Shown here: one piece after another, positions 26,432 through 39,976 of the stretch | Numbering within the stretch: position 1 is the first letter of the stretch | How the letters are laid out: each line of letters starts with the position of its first letter | Assembly: GCF_001194135.2 (NCBI RefSeq) | Contig: NC_068982.1 | Coordinates: forward strand, 143,026,666-143,078,304 | Length of the DNA stretch: 51,639 bases | Reading direction: 5' to 3' | Source of the DNA: Octopus bimaculoides | Taxonomy: Eukaryota | The notes under the pieces: model-generated | What the model saw: only the letters and a program-made list of their open reading frames with translations | Databases searched by the model: none | Told to the model about the DNA's origin: nothing | Program-made: the position numbers and the translations under genes

Positions 26432-26625
26432 AAAGCGGTGAGGTGGCAGAATCGTTTACGGCATTTCGTCCGTCTTAACGTTCTGAGTTCAAATTTCACC
26501 GTGTTCCCCTTTGCATTTCATCTTTTCGGGATCGACAAAATAAATACCGGTTGAGTACTGGGATTGATAATATAATTAGACGCCTTCCTTTCCTCAATTT
26601 TGCTGCCCTTGTTCCAGAAGTTTAT
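26432..26625 (+). mobile_element. SINE family A, diverged
   Basis: aagcggtgaggtggcagaatcgtt...gagttcaaatttcacc...catcttttcgggatcgac. Confidence 0.75.
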
Positions 26626-29204
26626 ATCATTATTATTTTCCTCGAAAAAATTATTATATAACCTCTTACAAATATACTGAGAATTATATTTATGAATAAG
26701 AAGTTTAATCCTAAAACGCTTCCACGTGATCCATAACTGATGAATTTTTTTTTCTCGGGTTTAGTGCGTGCAATGTTTTGAAAAAGTAAATTGAGAGGAA
26801 GATATAAAAGACAGCAAAAGGTAGTATCTTCGGAGGAAAAGTATAAAGCTGTGATTTTGTTATGCTCAAATGCTAAAGAGAGAATTCATTGTGGCATGTG
26901 AGAAGAGTGGTATTTAGAGTACTGAGAAACTATGAACATACGCCAAACCGGGCATACTGCTATTAAAAGCAGGTGTATTGGTAACAGTCAGTAGTAGACT
27001 GTTTAGAGAAGGCATGTCTGTTGCAGGGGAGCAGCAGTGCTGTCTCAGGTAGTTTTATTGTAATATTATTTGAGGTTTTGTTTGTAATGAAAACATGTAG
27101 CTATATAGTGTCTGAAAATAATTTCTGCTCATCCTTAGTCAGGAGGGAAGCTAGTGTTCTTGCGCTATCACAGGGCTTCTGGAGTTGGTGGGTAAGAAGA
27201 GGAGACAGATGCCCTCAAACTGGATATCTAGCTCGAATACGTGTAATTAAATGGACTCAGCTAAAGGCACCCAGGTTGTGAAGCTGTGTTCTTAAACCTG
27301 GAAGTTGGTTAAATGTACCAGCCATATAAGCTATGGCATGATTCGAACTCAGAACGCAGAGATCTAGAGCAAATACTGCTCGCTAAACTCAATTTAGGCA
27401 AAGCAATCTAAACGCACCCCTGATAAAGCTGCCACTCCCCCCCCCATGTTGCTAAGTTTGGTAGAATGTCAGATATGTGAAAATTATTTATTTTACATTC
27501 CAAATTTTGAGAAAATATTGTCGCACGTTACAGTCAATAGAATAAATTACTGGTACTCAAAGTTTCTAACGTTGTAGATGAAAATAAAATGTCTATAATT
27601 TGGTGCGGAATAAAAATCATAAAGAAATTCTTTCGGAGAACGTCGGCCTTTTCCCTTTCTCCCCGAGTATCCGATCGTTCGCCAATGTAACTTGATATAG
27701 TGTATACGCATTTGTATTAATATAAATATAGACTACAGTTACCGAGTCTTTAGCAGTCATAAATATATGCTACCATTTCCACTGATTCATTGCGAGCTTC
27801 TTAGCTACATAGCTATAATTTAGTTCTTCATAGTGATAAATATCCCGAGGCTAATACTCAAGCGTTTACATATCCATAACACTTAAACCATATCAGCTCA
27901 TTACCCTTGAGTATAAATACCAAATGTAATACGGTGTGGTATAGATAACTACTGTAAGTATAATTTAACGAGTAAGTTAATAGGAAATACACCAGATGCA
28001 CATACACAGCACAATAGATCATAAATAATTTTCTTTTGATTAGTACTACAAAAAAAATCAGGATATCAATTCCATGGATCGTTGTGTATAGAGAAAAGAT
28101 TATATATTTCAGACGAAAAAATAATTAAGAGAACATAAATTGAGAGATACACTACCACACGCAAACGGATAAACTATTGAGTGTTCCATGACTTATTATT
28201 TCTTCATCTGTCAGCTTACAGAGGACAAAATATCTTTCAAATCAAATAATAATTGGGGCTGTTACTACATACAGGGATATTGTGGCCATTAGGGTTTCAA
28301 CATACCTTCCCCCCTTAAAGTGAATGCAACACAAATAAGATCCGTTCAAGGTTATCCGCAATCCCATTTGCTTCATGAAATCAGAAAGAGCGCAGTGACC
28401 AACCAAAATATATGACTGATACTTTATTTTAACGATCTTAGGAAAAGGAAAAACGAAATCAGTATTGGCAGGATTTGAACATGGAAAGCATTAGACTAAA
28501 ACCTATACATACAGCTTGTCTTATTTTGTACAACACCTTAATATTTTCGACAATCTATCATCGCCGTATAGACTAGTGTAACTTAATAAGTTGTTGACTT
28601 TCTCTAATAAGCTATAGCTAAATAATATAAGAATGAATATCTCAGCGCTCAGCATAGCAGTAACATATATAAGCGTTTCATTAACGAAATGCCGAAAACA
28701 TTGTCCTTTATTTACACTGTGAGAAAACAATTTTCTCAGTAACTTACAGTACCAAGTTTTCTTCGACTTTTAACGGACTCCATATCCTAGCAAATGTCTT
28801 GAAATGAATAAACTTGTCACTTCTGTCAGAGATTCTCGCAGAAATAATAATAATTAACATTGATCTTAAACCGTTAAATCACTACCACTCATTTTATGTT
28901 CATTTGGAACAACGACAAATTGCTCTCTGTATTACAGGTATATTCCTTATGTCTATAACCATCCATGTTATGAGTATATTCTGCAATATATATTACAGGT
29001 AATTGAATTATCTTAACTTCCGAGAAACTGAAGCTAAAACACAATAATCCTATAGAATAGTGATCAAGTATGTGAGCGTATTGCAACAAGAACATTCATA
29101 CCACAAATTTACCACCAACCGCAGCAACACTATCAACCGCAAGCGCTAAATTTTATGACACTCATCAGCGTCTCACTATCAGTAACTCGGTGCTCTTATT
29201 CGTT

Positions 29205-29414
29205 TCTATTCAAGACACAAGGCCCGAAATGTTGGGGTAGAGGAACAGTCGATTAGATCGACCCTAGTACGCAACTGATACTTAATTCATTGACGCCGAA
29301 AGGATGAATGGTAAAGTCAACCTCGGCGGAATTTGAACTCAGAACGTAAAGACAGACGAAATACTGCTAAGCATTTCGCCCGGCCTGCTAACGTTTCTGC
29401 CAGCTCGCCGCCTT
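29205..29414 (-). mobile_element. SINE family A
   Basis: cctcggcggaatttgaactcagaacgtaaagacagacgaaatactgctaagcatttcgcccggcctgctaacgtttctgccagctcgccgcc is the reverse of the family A head. Confidence 0.9.
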
Positions 29415-30140
29415 TGTAGTATTATTATGTATAAACGGATGAAGACTAAATGACTTTCTGAAGGAAAGTATTTTCAAGGAGGTGAGAAAAACTATAGGAT
29501 ATCACTCTATTTCCGTTAAAATAAAACAAAAACATTACACGATACTTTGGGGATTCGAAGAATTCGCTCGACCAGCTACAAACACCAACGAGCCTTCTTG
29601 AAATTATTCACTACCATCTACAAACGCTTATTAGAATAATACATGCCTGAATGTATAATTATTAAGTTTGAATCACCTCAGCTACGACCGAACTAAACAA
29701 CAACAGTCAACTTAGAAGTTAACATTTCTTATCTGGGTATGGAATAATATTTAATATATACTATATTTACCTGTTTTGTTTCATATATTTTAGATACTTT
29801 CCTTTTTTTTTTTGCTTCTCTTTTTGTCTTATTCAATCTCTGATAATAGTACGATGCAATCTGATTGTGGGGTAATTATTTGCATAGAAACTCTTCCATT
29901 ACTGAAACATGTGTCACAATTTAGTGAATAAACGTAAAATCTTATCTCAATTCTTCATTTCTATTCATCATTGTTCTTGTGAGTTTTGTTTGTCATAGTA
30001 TGAAAACTTTCTGCTTTTTATGTGAAGGATAAATCGCAAGTTATAACGCACACGCTTTGCTTTCTTGCGTTGATGTTGGCAGTATGTAGTGAGGCAATGA
30101 ATTATAACTACACACACACACACATATACATAAATGTGTG

Positions 30141-30380
30141 AGCGTATATAAACTGAGTGGTTAAGAAGTTCTTTTCGCAGAACCTAGGGCAAGTATCTTC
30201 TGTTGCACCGTGCTGACCAGTGCCTTCCGAGCAGATTTGGTTGACAGGATGTGTGTGAAAGCTCAATTGTATTTCTATGTGTGTGCGTCTATGTTTGTGT
30301 CTTTTAACCGAGCACCGATTGACAACCGGTATTGGTTTGTTTACATCTATGTAAATTTCTTGTTCAACAAAAGACGCTAC
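30141..30380 (+). mobile_element. SINE family C variant, diverged
   Basis: gtggttaagaagttctt...gggcaagtatcttctgttgc...gatttggttgacagga. Confidence 0.65.
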
Positions 30381-32139
30381 AGTCATAAGTAAACATTCAC
30401 TGTTAGTGTCTCTATTATGGATCAAGGGATTAAGTTCTTAAATATTGCATGTTTAAGAAACATCTCTCAGTTGTGAAGTGCCAAATATGATATATTTACT
30501 GTGGAGATCGACTCCATCTTATGGAAACTCACAGCTGAATGAACTTGTTGAATGGAAATAAATGTATTACTAATATTCTTTTCCCTTTGTTAGTAGAATG
30601 CTATCTAATTTCAGTTGTCAGTCGCAAGCAAGTACGGCACGTATCATGATTTTGTTAATCGTTTTCAGTGTCCCTATATTCACAAAGGGGTGTGCAAACC
30701 TTCTGGACCATCCCACGACTGACCCAGTGCATAGTTTAGGTTTTAGCAACAGGATGAAATGAAGGTTGCTCCAAGAGCAGCAGTTGGCTGGTTTCCATTT
30801 TAAAATGAAATCACGTGCGTTACTCAAATGAAAACTCAACGCTCGACATAGGAATTGATATCTAAAGTCCACTATATTTTGACCCTGAGTTCAGAACCCA
30901 AATAACTAGGCTTTTAAGCGTCTCAGAGTCGAAGGATTAAATTTTCTATGCAAGAGGTAAATGTTCCATTTAATTCGCAAATCTAACTATTGTCATAGTC
31001 GAATATTCACAAAAATAATTTGTTATATAGCGAAGTATATAAAACTGATCTCATATATTTAGTAACAAGCAGGCAACACAACGTTGTGTTTCACTAGAAA
31101 TCTGTTAGATAAATGCTGTTTTACGTCATGCAGGAGATGTGAATGTATTGCTTTTTATTACGTCATCTGTTTTATTACGTCATCTATGAGGTTCGGTTTA
31201 TGTTTCATGAATATACTCAGGAACATTTTAGCTAATTTAGCAGTTTACAATGATGTATATAAATCTACACGGAGACAAAGAAACAACAGATCGTCAATAA
31301 ATATACACATATTTAAAGAATACAGCAATTTTAAAGAATAGAAAATATATCCGCTACAAGAATATATTTTTTTAATTTCCGGAACTACAAAGATGAATAT
31401 ACCAAAAGGAAAGAATATAAAAAAAGAATGAATTAAACTAAAGGCAATATTATTCAATGTTTGTATATAATACAATTTGTTTTCTTCAAAGAAGCATGAT
31501 TTAGTTATTGTATTTATTTGTGACAAAATCGATATTAAGCTCTGTATTTCGTCAACAAATTAAATTGTTTCTATCCTCAAACATTTCCCTGGATGCATTT
31601 GTAGTTGTTTGTGTTACTGCTGCTAGTCTTCATGCTGCCGTTGTCGGTGATGCTAATGATGCTTTTATTTCTACTTCTATTGTCTTGATGTGTTTTTGTT
31701 GATGGTATTGTTGTTCAAATCTACACGTTACAATAGCGAAGATGGCTGGTTGCTCTCTCTATCAATCATACGCAGAGAAAGTGAAAGTGGCTTCTCGTTG
31801 AGAAAGATTCATGTCAAGATAAATCATTCTAATCTTATGTATCACCTACTGAACGTTATACGTAAGCCAAGTATTCTAAGTAAGATAGTGAACAATGTAA
31901 AGATGGATATTTTGTCTTTTTTATTTTTTATCACATAAACTAAAATAAAAATTAAATCCTTTCGAAAAACAAATTAGAGAACAAAGATAGCTCTATAGTA
32001 AATGCATTTGTCTTGCCGCCCCCTTTGTTTCTGGGTTCGATGCGAGAGCACGGCACATCGGGGAGCTATCTTCTCTTATAGTCTTGACTTCAGAAATAAT
32101 ATGTGAGTAGAATTTTGTAGACTAAAATTTTGTGGAAGC

Positions 32140-32218
<79 letters not shown>

Positions 32219-32291
32219 TTGGAATTTACACACAACACTCGAAGACAGGTGTGTCAACAAGAAACACGTGTATTAGTCAAAGGTGGAAAAG

Positions 32292-32328
32292 TATTTTACG
32301 TTTCGAGCCTACGCTCTTCAACAGAAAG
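32292..32328 (-). ncRNA. Minimal hammerhead-like motif in a ~200-bp unit between microsatellites
   Basis: CUUU-CUGUUGA-A-GAGC-GUAG-GCUC-GAAA-CGUA-AAA; core position A6 reads U. Confidence 0.6.
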
Positions 32329-35300
32329 GAACACGAGAAATATACAGAAAATAAAAAAAAGGCTTTAGTGTTTAGCGGTCGATTATGGCAATATATATAT
32401 ATATATATGTGTGTGCGTGCACGCGTGTGCTTGTGTGTGAGTATTCACACATATTACTGGAGTTAAGATAAGGGTGTGTATGTTTGTGTCTTTGTCCACA
32501 GTAGCGCTTGACAAGCAATCTTTATCAGAAATGATTCCTCCGTGACCACCCTGTTATAAGGCACCCAAGAATACTTATTTTATTTTCAATCCTTTGGGCA
32601 GGCAGAGTTGGAATGATTTCCAGAAATGTCTGAAACGATAGTCATGTCCTCGATTCCAAGAGCTGAATGATAAGCCAAGTGATATCCCACCGGATGTGTA
32701 ATCTTGAGCGTACCCTATCGGAATTCAACAACGAGAAGGATATGGAAAATTAGTAAGCATAGCAGACTGAGGCAACGAGTACGTAAAGAAACGGGAAATT
32801 CGTATTCCTGAAAAAGAAAAGCAATCCTCAACAGAGGGCGAACCAAGAGAATAACGAGGAATAAGTATCACCTCTGACCTGTATGAAATTTATAGATTTT
32901 GCGCATGAAAAGTAAAGAACAGACAGTCACAATAAATGAACTGCTGGTAGGGGATAGTAGACTGGTATTGATTGAAGAGTAGATACGCTCAGATTCTGTA
33001 GGACACTGGAGTAATAGGCACCCAGTGAAATCTATATTATTAATCTATGATCAGTTAATGCGTTTCTACCATAAAGTTGAGCAAAATGTTGTACCCAGTG
33101 ACTGTACCTCACACCGGTACATAGTGCAGTACGTTCAACGCCAGATTTATGATATCTCAGTCAATTTATTAGTAAAGACTCTTTGTAGATAAGAAAAGCA
33201 TTTGTAGCTTTGACTATGCATAGGTAGGACACCATCGCTTTTTTTGCGCATCTACATAGCATCTTCAGGTAGAGACGTACTTGTTTCTGTAATATATCGT
33301 TATCGTGTATCTTTCTTAACATCTAAATGTCCAATAAACTCAGTTCGTCTGCTGCAAATATCATTTGTAAAAGACACGTAGGTACTTTAACTCATATTTA
33401 TTTCATTACAAATTATTGAATGATGCTTTTTGAGAAAAACTTGTCGATGCATTCTCATTGCTATTTCTGCTCTTATTGATGTTGGTAAATGCACAGAAAA
33501 TCACGATTTATATTATAACAAATGCCCTTTACTCACAAATTATTCTAATATGATATAAATGATTCATTGAAACTGGAAAATACCAGTTAAGAAATGCATT
33601 CACTGAAATGCGGTTATCGGTCTATGCATCGTTTGGAACCGAAGCTATGAAACAAGACACATTTTGCCGAAAGTTAATTAGCACCCAGAAATCACTATAT
33701 TCTCTCATTTCTATGAAAGAACCTCAGTAAACAGTGCAGAGTTACTACATATAGCCATGTCATTAAACGCAGACACCCAGTAGCGACGTTATGATAGGTG
33801 TCATTGACTGATTCGCTATCTGATGTTCAAAGTTCCCAAAACTCGTCTATATAACATGTCTTCGGGTTAAATTATTTTGAAGTTGTTCCGAGTGTTCCCA
33901 CGACGGAGAGACGTGTATTTATGATTTGCGAATTTGCTGCCTAAATATGAATATTTAATTAGCAGCAATTAAACTAAAATTTCTCGGCAAGGAATAAAAA
34001 TAAATTCTCTTAGGTTTGTATATGTCCTCAGTTTATCATTTATGTAACACTTCCTAACCAGCTGCAACATTTCGCAATAATTCCACTAATAGCAAACATA
34101 TGACGATTAAAATATCCTCATATCTTAGCTTGTTAAGATTGCACACACATTAAAGTTGCATGAAAGGATTATTAATTTCACTAATTGATATAGAATTATG
34201 AATGAAAAATAGAAAACCATCTGGAAGTCGTTCACTCTTTCAACAAAAAACGTAGATTTACAGACACGCAGACATATATATATACGCGGCACACACGCAG
34301 GTATTATATAGGCATAAATCTGACGGATAAATTGGATAGAACTGTTTATAGCTGTTGTGTGTTCGTTCTTGTGACTATAAATCCACATCAATAAACTCTG
34401 CCACAAGTATTAATNNNNNNNNNNTGGGACAAGAAAGCAAAACATCCAGATAGCCGATACAAAGAAAACAAGGACAGGTCATTCGGAGTTTTCTTTTCTC
34501 AGTCAAGATCCAGATTATCTTTGCAATTTCGGCTGGTTATTCTCGATATTGCTCCAATTTAGACAGTCCCAAGTAAAAACCTAAGCTATGAGTATTAGAT
34601 TCCTTGGAAGAAAGCAGCGAACGTATACAAAAACAAGGACGAAAAGAAAGCGAGCAATGTTACAAAAATACAATAAATATAATAACAGGACATAACAACA
34701 GATGTCTTTCGACTAAGGACGGGTTAAATGAAGCTGGCGTGTGTGGAAATAAAGCCTCACGGCAGGGATACAAACTTTCATAGGTACACGGAGGAATATC
34801 AATGTCATATATATACACACACACACACAAACAGATTTTCTACTGTATAAATGCATGTGTATGTGGTTATGCATGTGTGTTTAGTCAAAGAAGGCTCTGA
34901 AACGGTGCATCCTTGAGAAAAGTGAATTTGGCTTTCGAAATCTGCGTCCCAAAGACAACCGTTTATAAATAGTAATAAAAATATATAACTTGCTACGAGA
35001 AATAACTCAGCTTTTATCTCGTTGGCTCTCCTTCACCCTGTCTATCCTCATCAATCTATAACTCTCTATACATTCACCATACTTTTTGTTACTCACACAC
35101 TTTGTGTATGCATTAAGTCTCAAGTGTAGCTTTCACTTTATTGAACACTTCGTCTTTTAATGTTTATTTTCATTTCATGATGCACATTTAAAAGTCACCA
35201 AATGTTTAGCTTCCAAATCTTGTTTGTAATTGAGTAAAATGATGAAAATTGAAACCTTTATAACATTTTTATAGACTTTTTCTACAATAAATGAATCACA

Positions 35301-36825
35301 AACTCGGATTTAGCATGAAAAAGTACACCAATATACCAAATTTGAAAATTTGGTATATTGAAAATTTTGGTATATTGCATTAATCCCTGTCCAAACTAAG
35401 AAAATTTAAATTATGTGTTTGTGCTATTCCAAAGGTCTGCTGAGGTATTCTATTGGGAAAATTACCCGGAATCTCTTGCAGAGATATTATTGTCTAGTTA
35501 GTCTGCTTGCTGCAAAATCAGTGACATTATGGCACTTATTTCCTATATATTGCGAGCTAGGGTGAACTACTGCTGTGTCTAGCCGACGAGTATCTGTTAC
35601 CAAGAATGACCGTAAGATGTTCAAAATTTTACGCATTGGTTGTCTCTGGGTTAAATAGTGGGGAGTTTTCTCGCCGCTTGCAATATATATCGAGTGCGGA
35701 GTACTTGCAATATATATAGAGTACTACATAACCAGCTAGGAGACAGGTCGTCTCGGGATTGAAATGGCAGTATCGTTAGTTCCTAGGGAGAAGCTCTATC
35801 TAGGTAGAGTTAAACATTATTTGTCAGCATGAATAATACTTTCATCTATATATACATTCGTTATCTATATTCCAGTGATGGAGCTTTGTATTTTTGTTAG
35901 AAACCAACCCTTTCTTCAGCGAAACGTACACATATATACTAAGAAAGAAAGAAGGAAAGAAAGAAAGAAAAGAAAGGAGACGTAATGAAATTGGGAAATA
36001 TGTTTTTAGAATGGACTTACATAGATAATGCCGCATCTATATTATATATTTTCAATGATGTACCTGTCAAGAATGTACAATAATATCTGATTGCTCTCTC
36101 TAATATAATTTCCCTGAACATAGTTCATTCTTTCTTCCTCTCTCTTTCTCTCTCTCTCTCTCTCTACCTTCTTTTCTTTATCTTTATCCCTCTCTTTCTG
36201 AAACTCTATATGAATGACTAACCATGTATCTGTTCACTCTTGTTACATATATTTTACAAGCGTTCGCGTGCCAGTGCACACGCATCTGTATATATATGTA
36301 TTCGCTATCAGTGTTTTTTTAACTCTAGAACCTCCCTAATACACCAGTCTTATGTTTCACAATCGTTTTTTTCTGACCAAATAAGATTTCTTTCAGTAAG
36401 TCTTTTTAAGATCTCTTTAAGTAAGTGATTATGGTATGTTGTTTAAAAGATAACGTTTGATTTCAGATATGTTAACTCTTTCAGACATACCAGACAAGTA
36501 TCAGCTATATAGAAGCAATATAACGTCCTGAATTTGTGTCTGTATGTCTGGTTGGTTTAATTATAACAGAGTAATAAAGCATTTCTGATAATTCTCCGTC
36601 ATGAATTCAGAGTTTATAGACTCTGAAATATATCACAGGAACGAATCTTAAATACATTATTCAAATCATGGAACAATCTTTCAAATGACAGAATTATATG
36701 TTTCTTAAAATTCTTAAGACTTCATCTAATTTCGACCTCATCCTGCAGGGTCGCTCTTTCACCGATGTTTCACTGTTAAATTATTGGTAAATAAATCTTA
36801 CTTCAAAATGAAATCAAATATATCA

Positions 36826-36897
36826 GATGAAATAGCTCAGTTGAGAGCACGTAAGGATGAAGATATAACGGACCTCGGTTCAATCTGGATTTCTGCA
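36826..36897 (+). pseudogene. Degenerate tRNA-Phe(GAA)-like sequence
   Basis: gatgaaatagctcagttgagagcacgtaaggatgaagatataacggacctcggttcaatctggatttctgca aligns by eye end to end with metazoan tRNA-Phe (GCCGAAATAGCTCAGTTGGGAGAGCG..GACTGAAGATC...GGTTCGATCC..TTTCGGCA). Stems are broken and the GAA anticodon is retained. Confidence 0.7.
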
Positions 36898-36920
36898 CAC
36901 AACGGCTGATAGTTTTGGCG

Positions 36921-37045
36921 TAGGCGTCGGTGTGTGGTAAGAGGTTTACTTCTCAACCATGGGCAAATATCTTTTACTATGGCCCTGGGCCGACCAATGA
37001 CTGTTGAGTGGATTTAGTAGACCAAAACTGAAAGACGTCCGTCAT
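36921..37045 (+). mobile_element. SINE family C, internally deleted, with (TA)n tail
   Basis: tgtgtggtaagagg...gggcaaatatcttttactatggccctgggccgacc...gtagaccaaaactgaaag. Confidence 0.8.
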
Positions 37046-39764
37046 ATATATATATATATATATATGTATGCATATATATGTATGTATATATATATGTAAT
37101 TAATTCAATAATATGATTACATCTTTTACAAGAATTTTATCAAGAAGCTAGCGTGTTGCATTATTCTGTAGTAATGCCCTTATATATATATATATATATA
37201 CGCATGTATGCATGTATGTATGTATGTATGTATGTGTGTGTGTTTATGCAGCTGTATGTTTCTAAATGTGTGTGACTCTGTAAGGTTTTTTCTTGTGTTT
37301 TTCTTGCTTTTTTTCTTAATTATATATACATATATGTATGTATATAATTTAAGTCAATTTTATTTTGTCTTATCCATCTAATATACAAGCAAACATCTGC
37401 AGAGTCATTGAACTCGATTTAGGCTGCAATTACAATAAAAGCAAACACAAATAGTAAATGCAAAGACATTTGTTTGTTTTGCCATATTTGGTATCATTTT
37501 GTGAACAGTTCACCGCAATACAATTAACAGCTGGATCAGAAAACAACAACAGAAAAATTGATTTTAATAATGAAAAGTTTATTAATGTTTATATTTTGCC
37601 AGAAGTAATATCAGTGTGGTAGGATAATGTCGAGACATTAATTTCGTTTGTCGTTTAAGTATTGATTTCTTGTGCTTCTTTCCTTATTTTCATTTATGTC
37701 TCAGTCGCTGTGGCACCGAAAGGGTCAAGACTGACCTATAATTCAAGCTCAACTTTGTTGTTATTACAAGATAACTTTCTTCTGAAATATATGCTTTTCT
37801 GTAAGTACCGGCAATAGGAAATAACATAATCAAAATTTCCAACATTCCAAAAGATCATAGATTATATGTACATATATATATATATATATATANNNNNNNN
37901 NNNNNNNNNNNNNNNNNNNNNNNNNNNNNNNNNNNNNNNNNNNNNNNNNNNNNNNNNNNNNNNNNNNNNNNNNNNNNNNNNNNNNNNNNNNNNNNNNNNN
38001 NNNNNNNNNNNNNNNNNNNNNNNNNNNNNNNNNNNNNNNNNNNNNNNNNNNNNNNNNNNNNNNNNNNNNNNNNNNNNNNNNNNNNNNNNNNNNNNNNNNN
38101 NNNNNNNNNNNNNNNNNNNNNNNNNNNNNNNNNNNNNNNNNNNNNNNNNNNNNNNNNNNNNNNNNNNNNNNNNNNNNNNNNNNNNNNNNNNNNNNNNNNN
38201 NNNNNNNNNNNNNNNNNNNNNNNNNNNNNNNNNNNNNNNNNNNNNNNNNNNNNNNNNNNNNNNNNNNNNNNNNNNNNNNNNNNNNNNNNNNNNNNNNNNN
38301 NNNNNNNNNNNNNNNNNNNNNNNNNNNNNNNNNNNNNNNNNNNNNNNNNNNNNNNNNNNNNNNNNNNNNNNNNNNNNNNNNNNNNNNNNNNNNNNNNNNN
38401 NNNNNNNNNNNNNNNNNNNNNNNNNNNNNNNNNNNNNNNNNNNNNNNNNNNNNNNNNNNNNNNNNNNNNNNNNNNNNNNNNNNNNNNNNNNNNNNNNNNN
38501 NNNNNNNNNNNNNNNNNNNNATATATACAGGGAGCCCCTGATGATTTTTTGAGGCTCTCTAGGACATGTCATTTGTTACTGAGCAACACTTACTAGCAAA
38601 GCCGACAATACATAAATAGCAAAAGGAAACTAGCGCCCACTCCATATTGATCTTCGGCAGGAAAGCCAAGATGCCATATATGATTGGTTTGTAAAACAGA
38701 GCGTGGAATTTTGTAGCTGGAAAATTTCAGGACCTCTACCATCAGTAATGTATGTTAACACGTCGCAACAAAATTACTCTGGCCCAAAAGAAATGAGACG
38801 AAGGATAGAGAGTCATTCTCCTTTAGTTCCTTATTATTTAACATACGCACCGGTAAAGTTTCCACTCATTTACTTATTTATTTTTCCTAAAATTTTCATT
38901 GCGTATTGCAACTTTTGAGTAGTCGTTGACTGTGTCTCTTATCCGATATTTGTTAACAAAAAAAAATTATGCATTTCATTAAATTGTATACCTTATTCCT
39001 CCATCTTATGATACAATACATATGCATAAATCTATTTTATGTCTCTGTATAGAATAATAAGACTTGCGTTAATACAGAAAGATGTAGCTTTGAAAAAATA
39101 GATCGCTGTACAGTTTCATGACAAATCTCAAAGGGAAATTGTGAAGTTCAATGCCTAACTACGTGGTCAATAACGATAAGAGAGTCGATATTTCAATCTG
39201 CTACACTAAATCTCTATAAATGTGTAGCGTTGTGCTAAAATAACGACTGAACATTATTATCATTACGTTTAAAGCGCAGTAGGAGAAAAAAATATTTTAG
39301 TATTTAGTTTTGTCTGTGTAATGTTTCAGATAAAAATCTAAGCTCTTGATTCCAATAAGTTGAAACTTAATAGATTGCAGAGATGAGCATGAAGGGAAAT
39401 ATGTATTATTATATTGCAGAAACTAGAATCTTTGGAGCTGATTGTTAAAATTCTTAGAGATTAAAAAAAAGTCAATTCTGCCATAAGCAACAATACATTT
39501 TTCCCGAGTTCTTTCCACTGCTGCCACAGAGAATGTTTCCTTTTATTCTCACATTTCAGTGTCAAGGAAGAAATAATAATAATAAAATGCTTAATGTGTC
39601 TGAATATTCTCTACTTAAGCATATGTAACTTGGGGTTGAAAATATTTCATGAAAATATTTTTTCGCGCATTCGAACAATGATATTTGTAACCAATATGAA
39701 TCCTACTGAACAAAAGTGTGTACCCAGTTCTACAAATTCTGGTGGCATATACTTCACTGGAATA

Positions 39765-39976
39765 GGGTAGCAAGCTGGCAGAATCGTTTGTATGCCGGGA
39801 AAAGGGCCCGGCAGCATTTCATCCGTACTTACATTCTGACTTAAAATTCCAGTAGGGTCGACTCAGCTATTCAAACTTTCGGGAGTCAATAAAATAAGAA
39901 CCGGTTGAGCACTAGGATCTACGTAATCGACTTACGCCCTCCTCCGAAATTGCTGGCCTTGTGCCAAAATTTGAAA
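39765..39976 (+). mobile_element. SINE family A, diverged
   Basis: aagctggcagaatcgtt...gggtcgactcagc...gtaatcgactt...gctggccttgtgccaaaatttgaaa. Confidence 0.75.

Noticed and set aside
32716-32807. Minus-strand exon after a strong acceptor (gcttttctttttcag)
   Set aside because: The donor is weak and all frames contain stops. Not supportable without RNA data.
34425-34800. Repeat-like block with a CUGAGAA...CUCCGAAU motif on the minus strand
   Set aside because: Two core mismatches and no convincing helix II; family not identifiable by eye.
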